Part shown: piece by piece, positions 59,346-64,000 of the stretch
Numbering within the stretch: position 1 is the stretch's first letter
Layout: the number at the start of each line of letters is the position of its first letter
Source: SAR86 cluster bacterium AG-390-O18
GTDB taxonomy: Bacteria > Pseudomonadota > Gammaproteobacteria > Magnimaribacterales > AG-339-G14
NCBI GenBank assembly: GCA_003279605.1
Contig: QCHF01000002.1
Coordinates: 64,529-128,528, forward strand
Direction of reading: 5' to 3'
DNA: 64,000 nt
Notes under the pieces: generated by a model
Told to the model about the DNA's origin: nothing
Seen by the model: only the letters and a program-made list of their open reading frames with translations
The model's database searches: none
Position numbers and translations under genes: made by a program

Positions 59346-60329
59346 ATGACAGACTTTAAAACGTACGAATATATTTGGCTCGACGGATACACTCCTGAAG
59401 CAAATATGCGAAGTAAGGTAAAAGCTACAGATGAAGATACAGCTCCAGACTGGTCTTTTGATGGTTCATCAACACAGCAAGCAGAAGGAGGAAGTTCAGA
59501 TTGTCTTCTGTTACCTGTTCAAACTTATTTAAACCCTAATGGACATGACTTAGTTATGACTCAGGTACAGGCAGCAGATCATACTACTCACCCTTCTAAT
59601 TTTAGAGCCGCGGCTGCGGAAGTAGTTACAGATGAATGGTGGTTTGGATTTGAGCAAGAATTTTTCTTTACTGATCCAAAAACAGGCGAACCACTTGGTT
59701 GGGAAGACGGCACTCCAGATAGAGAACAAGGCGAATATTACTGTGGTGTTGGTGCTAGCAATGTTGTAGGTAGAGAAATTTCTGACGCTCACTTACATGC
59801 TTGTCTTGACCTTGGAATTACCCTAACAGGAACAAATGCTGAGGTTGCTTTAGGGCAATGGGAATATCAATGTTTTGGAAAAGGAATTAAAGCTGCAGAC
59901 GACTTATGGGTAAGCAGATACTTGCTTTTCAAAATAGCTGAAGAATTTGGTGTTGGAGTGAATATTCACCCAAAACCAAAAAAAGGGGATTGGAATGGTT
60001 CAGGTATGCACACTAACTTTTCAAACGAAGAAATGAGATCGAAAGGTTCAAAAGAGCTGTTTGAAGGAATGTGCGAAAAACTTGGAAAGGTTCATGACGA
60101 AGGAATTGCCTCTTACGGTTCTGATAATGACATGAGACTAACAGGGCTACATGAAACTCAAAAAATTACTGAATTTTCATATGGAGTCAGTGACAGAGGA
60201 GCCAGCATAAGGATTCCAGTTTATACAGTTGAACATGATTGGAACGGATATTTAGAAGATAGAAGACCAGCTTCTAACGCAGATCCTTATAAAATTTTGG
60301 CGCACATTGTAGGTACGCTAACTAAATAA
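59346..60329 (+). CDS. glnII: Glutamine synthetase type II (eukaryote-like GSII)
   Basis: YIWLDG, WSFDGSSTQQAEGGSSDCLLLPV, GTNAEVALGQWEYQ, HPKPKKGDWNGSGMHTNFS, RLTGLHETQ and RGASIRIP are GSII signatures, not GSI ones. Confidence 0.9.
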   Translation: MTDFKTYEYIWLDGYTPEANMRSKVKATDEDTAPDWSFDGSSTQQAEGGSSDCLLLPVQTYLNPNGHDLVMTQVQAADHTTHPSNFRAAAAEVVTDEWWFGFEQEFFFTDPKTGEPLGWEDGTPDREQGEYYCGVGASNVVGREISDAHLHACLDLGITLTGTNAEVALGQWEYQCFGKGIKAADDLWVSRYLLFKIAEEFGVGVNIHPKPKKGDWNGSGMHTNFSNEEMRSKGSKELFEGMCEKLGKVHDEGIASYGSDNDMRLTGLHETQKITEFSYGVSDRGASIRIPVYTVEHDWNGYLEDRRPASNADPYKILAHIVGTLTK

Positions 60330-60448
60330 ATCTCAAGGTGTAAATTGTTTAAGGCCATAGGATTGACCTATTCTAAAGAAGTTTTTTGGTTCGTCCTGGG
60401 TCTTAACTTTCAACCTCTTCAATTTAAAAATAAAAGTAGTTTTCAAAG

Positions 60449-61543
60449 ATGATATTTTTTGAAAATATTCTAGATGAATTATCTGCAAAAATTCTTATTA
60501 CGGATGAAAATTTAGACGTCTTGTTTTTAAATAAATCTGCTGAAGACTATTTATGTACTTCTCTAGATGAATCTAAGGGAAAAAATGTTGATCAAGTTTT
60601 CAAAGAAAAAACCAATAATGAGCTAGAACTCCAAGAAATTCTTGAGAAAAAAAAATCTTTAAAACGTCATATAACAACAATTTTTTTAAAAGATAATCTT
60701 CAAAAAAAAACGTCTTTTAAAGCTTCCTTTTTTGCTAACGAAGATTTTAAAGGCATTATTTTTGAATTCTTCGATAAATTAAAACCTGAATCAATTGCAG
60801 ACAAAATGAAGAAAAGAACAGCTGCATCAATTACTCAGGCTTTTTCAAGAGGACTAGCTCATGAAATTAAAAATCCTTTAAGCGGTATTCGAGGAGCTGC
60901 ACAATTACTTTCCCAAAAAATAGAAGATCCAAAGAAAAAAGAATTTGCAAATATAATTCTTAAAGAGTCAGATAGACTCGTTAATATTGTAAATAAAGTT
61001 TCTGGTAACAGCTTCAAGCTAGAACAGAATTTTCAAAATATTCATACTATCCTTGAAAAGGTTCCTGCTTTCGTAAAAAATATTGAAAATCAAAAAGTTC
61101 AAATTGTTAAGGATTATGATCCTAGCTTGCCATTAATTGAAATAGATAATTCTCTTATTTCACAGGTATTTTTTAACCTCGCAACTAATTCAATTGAAGC
61201 TTTCAAACGGAAAAATATCTCAGGAAAAATCATAATAAGAAGTAGAGTTGCTTATGAGGTGTTCATAAACAACAAAAAATATAATACTGCTTGCCAGGTT
61301 GATTTTATTGATAATGGTCCAGGAATTCCTGATGACATTATTGACTCAGTCTTCTTCCCATTGGTTTCATCAAAAGAAATTGCGTCTGGCCTAGGTTTGT
61401 CTATTGTCAAAGGAATTGTCAATCAACATGGTGGATCAATAGATTGTTATAGTGACGAAACAGGAACAACTTTCACAGTTCTTTTACCCATTACAGAAAT
61501 TAACTTTGAAAAAACAAAAACAAAAGAAGGAATAAATGGCTAA
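60449..61543 (+). CDS. ntrB: Nitrogen regulation sensor histidine kinase NtrB (GlnL)
   Basis: Has an N-terminal PAS-like region, the H-box GLAHEIKNPLSGIRGAAQLL, and N/G boxes NLATNSIEA, DNGPGIP and GLGLSIV. Confidence 0.9.
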   Translation: MIFFENILDELSAKILITDENLDVLFLNKSAEDYLCTSLDESKGKNVDQVFKEKTNNELELQEILEKKKSLKRHITTIFLKDNLQKKTSFKASFFANEDFKGIIFEFFDKLKPESIADKMKKRTAASITQAFSRGLAHEIKNPLSGIRGAAQLLSQKIEDPKKKEFANIILKESDRLVNIVNKVSGNSFKLEQNFQNIHTILEKVPAFVKNIENQKVQIVKDYDPSLPLIEIDNSLISQVFFNLATNSIEAFKRKNISGKIIIRSRVAYEVFINNKKYNTACQVDFIDNGPGIPDDIIDSVFFPLVSSKEIASGLGLSIVKGIVNQHGGSIDCYSDETGTTFTVLLPITEINFEKTKTKEGING

Positions 61544-62933
61544 AAATAAAAAAATTTGGATTGCTGACGATGATGAATCAATCAGATTTGTTTTAGAGTC
61601 AGGTTTATCAGAAGCAGGTTTTAATGTTTCTACTTTTGAAGATGGAAATGAAGTAGTAAATAAGCTTGATATTGAATCGCCTCACCTTTTGCTAACTGAC
61701 CTTAAAATGCCTGGCAGAGATGGTATGGATTTATTAGAAACTTTTCGTAATGAACATCAAAAAGTTCCAATAATTATTATGACAGCACATTCTGATTTAG
61801 ATACCACAGTTGATGCTTTTGAAGCGGGAGCTTGGGACTACATTGCCAAGCCTTTTGATTTAAATACCGCAATAGAAAAAATCAACAAAGCAATTGCTGA
61901 AAAGAAAAATGTACAAAAGAAACTTTCAGAAAACGAAGAAATCAATCTCAGAGCAGGCAAGATTCTTGGAAAATCTCCAGCAATGCAAGATTTGTTTAAT
62001 TCAATAGGCAAACTATCTCACTCTAACAGTACAGTTTTGTTAGTTGGAGAGTCAGGTACAGGGAAAGAATTGGTATCTCAAGCAATCTTCGAACACTCGG
62101 ACAGATCCAAAAAAAAATTAATCTCTTTGAATGTTGCTGATATACCTGTCGAGCTATTAGAGTCTGAATTATTTGGCCATGAAAAAGGGGCTTTTAAAGG
62201 TGCTGGTGATCAAAGAATAGGTAGATTTGAGCAAGCTGATAAGGGAACTCTTTTTCTTGATGAAGTTGGAGATATGCCTCTAGAAACTCAAACCAGATTA
62301 ATAAGAGTTTTATCGAGTGGCGAATTTTATAGAATTGGAGGAAATAGTCCTGTTAAAGTGGATGTGAGAATTATTGCTGCAACGAACCAAAACCTTGAAG
62401 AAAAAGTTAGGAATGGGTCCTATCGAGAAGATCTCTATCACAGACTAAACGTCATAAAAATAAATTTACCTCCCTTAAGAGATAGGAAGGAAGACATCCT
62501 TTTATTAACTAGTTATTTTTTGAAGAAGTTTTCCGAAGAAGCAAGAATTAAAGTTAAAGTTCTTAGTCAGGAAGTCGAAGAATTATTTGAAAATTTAATC
62601 TGGCCTGGAAATGTTTTGCAATTGCAAAATGTTTGTCAGTCCTTAACTTTACTATCGTCAGGCCAAGAGATTTCTATGAGCGATATTCCAAAAGACCTTT
62701 CATTACAACGAAAAGGTCCAGAAATGAGTTGGAGCGATATGCTCGAATCGTGGGCATCAAAAAAATTACTCAAAGGAGACGATCATATTCTGAATAGTGC
62801 TACCCCGATATTTGAAGGAACAATGATCAAAGCTGCACTAAAAGTAACAAAAGGGAAAAAAAGTGAAGCAGCTAAGCTACTGGGCTGGGGAAGAAATACT
62901 TTAGCTCGAAAGATTACTGAGCTCGACCTTTAA
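61536..62933 (+). CDS. ntrC: Nitrogen regulation response regulator NtrC (GlnG), AAA+ enhancer-binding protein with variant GAFKGA loop
   Basis: Has a receiver domain (DDDESIR, the LLLTDLKMPG phospho-Asp region), AAA+ motifs GESGTGKE and ESELFGHEKGAFKGA, and the C-terminal Fis-type HTH AAKLLGWGRNTLARKI. Confidence 0.92.
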   Translation: MAKNKKIWIADDDESIRFVLESGLSEAGFNVSTFEDGNEVVNKLDIESPHLLLTDLKMPGRDGMDLLETFRNEHQKVPIIIMTAHSDLDTTVDAFEAGAWDYIAKPFDLNTAIEKINKAIAEKKNVQKKLSENEEINLRAGKILGKSPAMQDLFNSIGKLSHSNSTVLLVGESGTGKELVSQAIFEHSDRSKKKLISLNVADIPVELLESELFGHEKGAFKGAGDQRIGRFEQADKGTLFLDEVGDMPLETQTRLIRVLSSGEFYRIGGNSPVKVDVRIIAATNQNLEEKVRNGSYREDLYHRLNVIKINLPPLRDRKEDILLLTSYFLKKFSEEARIKVKVLSQEVEELFENLIWPGNVLQLQNVCQSLTLLSSGQEISMSDIPKDLSLQRKGPEMSWSDMLESWASKKLLKGDDHILNSATPIFEGTMIKAALKVTKGKKSEAAKLLGWGRNTLARKITELDL

Positions 62934-63337
62934 TTAATTAAAGGCAATTTTTCCGATACCCAATTATTTATTCCGCCTTTTAAGACGAAAACACTAATTT
63001 CTTCTTTTTTTAAATCTGAAGCCATACGAGATGAATTTGTACCGTTTTGACAAACCAATATTACTGGTTTGCCATCAGCTTTTGCTATTTCCTTCTTACA
63101 AATATCTAGGTCAGGACCAACATGCCTAGCTTGACTAATTTTTCCCTCATCAAATTCTTTTTGAGGTCTTATATCAATAACAAGAGCATTTTTTTTATTA
63201 ATTAATACAATACCCTTGTGAGGCTCTAAATTTATTGCCTTTGAAATCCTATCCAATAAGAAAAGCGCAAATAATGAAAAGATCAAAGGAATAACAATAA
63301 ACCAATTATCGATTAAAAATTCAATAAAATAAGGCAT
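62930..63337 (-). CDS. Membrane-anchored single-domain rhodanese (YibN/GlpE-like)
   Basis: From the ATG at 63337 there is an N-terminal TM helix, a rhodanese fold and the active-site loop CQNGTNS. The longer track ORF, running to 63535, would run through the gpmA start. Confidence 0.7.
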   Translation of the reverse strand: MPYFIEFLIDNWFIVIPLIFSLFALFLLDRISKAINLEPHKGIVLINKKNALVIDIRPQKEFDEGKISQARHVGPDLDICKKEIAKADGKPVILVCQNGTNSSRMASDLKKEEISVFVLKGGINNWVSEKLPLIN

Positions 63338-63374
63338 AAGCGCGATATGATAAACGTAAAACTGATTTGAGACT

Positions 63375-63992
63375 ATGAATTCAGAAGAAAATTTTTCTAA
63401 CTTAGTTCTTGTAAGACATGGACAGAGCGAATGGAATGCAAAAAATCTCTTTACGGGCTGGAAAAATCCGAGTCTCACTGAAAAAGGTTTAGAAGAGGCG
63501 AAAACTACAGGAAAAAAAATAAAAGAACAAAACATTATTTTTGATATTCACTTTACCTCAGATCTTAAAAGGGCCCAGTTAACAGGAGAAATTATTCTTT
63601 CTGAAATTGATCAAGTATCTATTGAGTCAATTAAAAATATTGCTCTAAATGAGAGAGACTATGGCGAGTTGTCTGGACTAAATAAAGATGAATCAAGAGA
63701 AAAATGGGGAGAGGAACAAATTCATATTTGGAGAAGATCTTTCGATCAGCCACCTCCTGGAGGTGAAAGTTTAAAAGATACAGCTGATAGAGTAATTCCA
63801 TATTTTGAGAAAATCATAGAGCCTATGCTTAATAAAAAGAAGAATGTATTGATATGCGCTCATGGAAACTCTCTTCGAGCACTTGTAATGCATATAGAAA
63901 AAATATCACCTGAAGAGATAGTTAAAATAGAAATAGCTACAGGTGAACCTATTTTTTATAAATTTCAAAATAAAGAATTTTATAGAACTTAA
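63375..63992 (+). CDS. gpmA: 2,3-bisphosphoglycerate-dependent phosphoglycerate mutase (short form)
   Basis: [38 protein letters not shown] and [10 protein letters not shown]. Confidence 0.9.
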   Translation: MNSEENFSNLVLVRHGQSEWNAKNLFTGWKNPSLTEKGLEEAKTTGKKIKEQNIIFDIHFTSDLKRAQLTGEIILSEIDQVSIESIKNIALNERDYGELSGLNKDESREKWGEEQIHIWRRSFDQPPPGGESLKDTADRVIPYFEKIIEPMLNKKKNVLICAHGNSLRALVMHIEKISPEEIVKIEIATGEPIFYKFQNKEFYRT

Positions 63993-64000
63993 AGCCTTAC

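Noticed and set aside
63338-63535. An N-terminal extension of the rhodanese ORF to 201 aa.
   Set aside because: The extension runs across the divergent gpmA start and its upstream region and has no rhodanese-related sequence. The internal ATG at 63337 gives a normal TM-anchored single-domain rhodanese.

Overview
The window is very AT-rich and almost fully coding. Genes abut or overlap, and I see only one clear hairpin terminator in 64 kb. Gene content and order look like a streamlined marine gammaproteobacterium, with Pseudomonas-like synteny: amgK-murU / lptD-surA-pdxA-rsmA-apaH-cca ... folK-folB-tsaD / rpsU-yqeY, plus fis-purH-purD and rpoZ-spoT-ridA-recG. I support about 68 CDS, one tRNA(CAU), one bidirectional terminator and two tentative regulatory sites. 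I found no rRNA, CRISPR array, transposase, integrase, phage gene or recognisable defence gene. Most of the window is core housekeeping: sigma-70, primase, purine, tryptophan, folate, riboflavin, LPS assembly, the stringent response and nitrogen control. Five things deserve a second look. (1) The 10.4-14.6 kb block holds an ACAD10/11-type acyl-CoA dehydrogenase, two tandem diverged paralogs with a Coq4-type HDxxH-x11-E metal motif, a COG0523 metallochaperone GTPase and a DUF1826-like protein. This is my best candidate for an undescribed module. (2) In the nitrogen locus a eukaryote-like type II glutamine synthetase sits where glnA normally precedes ntrBC. Its NtrC has GAFKGA instead of the near-invariant GAFTGA sigma-54 contact loop. 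The upstream region has TGCACTA-type half-sites but no -24/-12 promoter. (3) A tightly packed minus-strand operon of unknown function encodes a PQQ-type dehydrogenase, an 8-TM protein and a double hotdog protein. (4) A kinase / MaoC-pair / MFS block is inserted into otherwise conserved synteny. (5) The membrane pyrophosphatase has residue signatures predicting K+-dependent Na+ pumping. All functional calls rest on motif recognition and remembered gene order. No database search was run.
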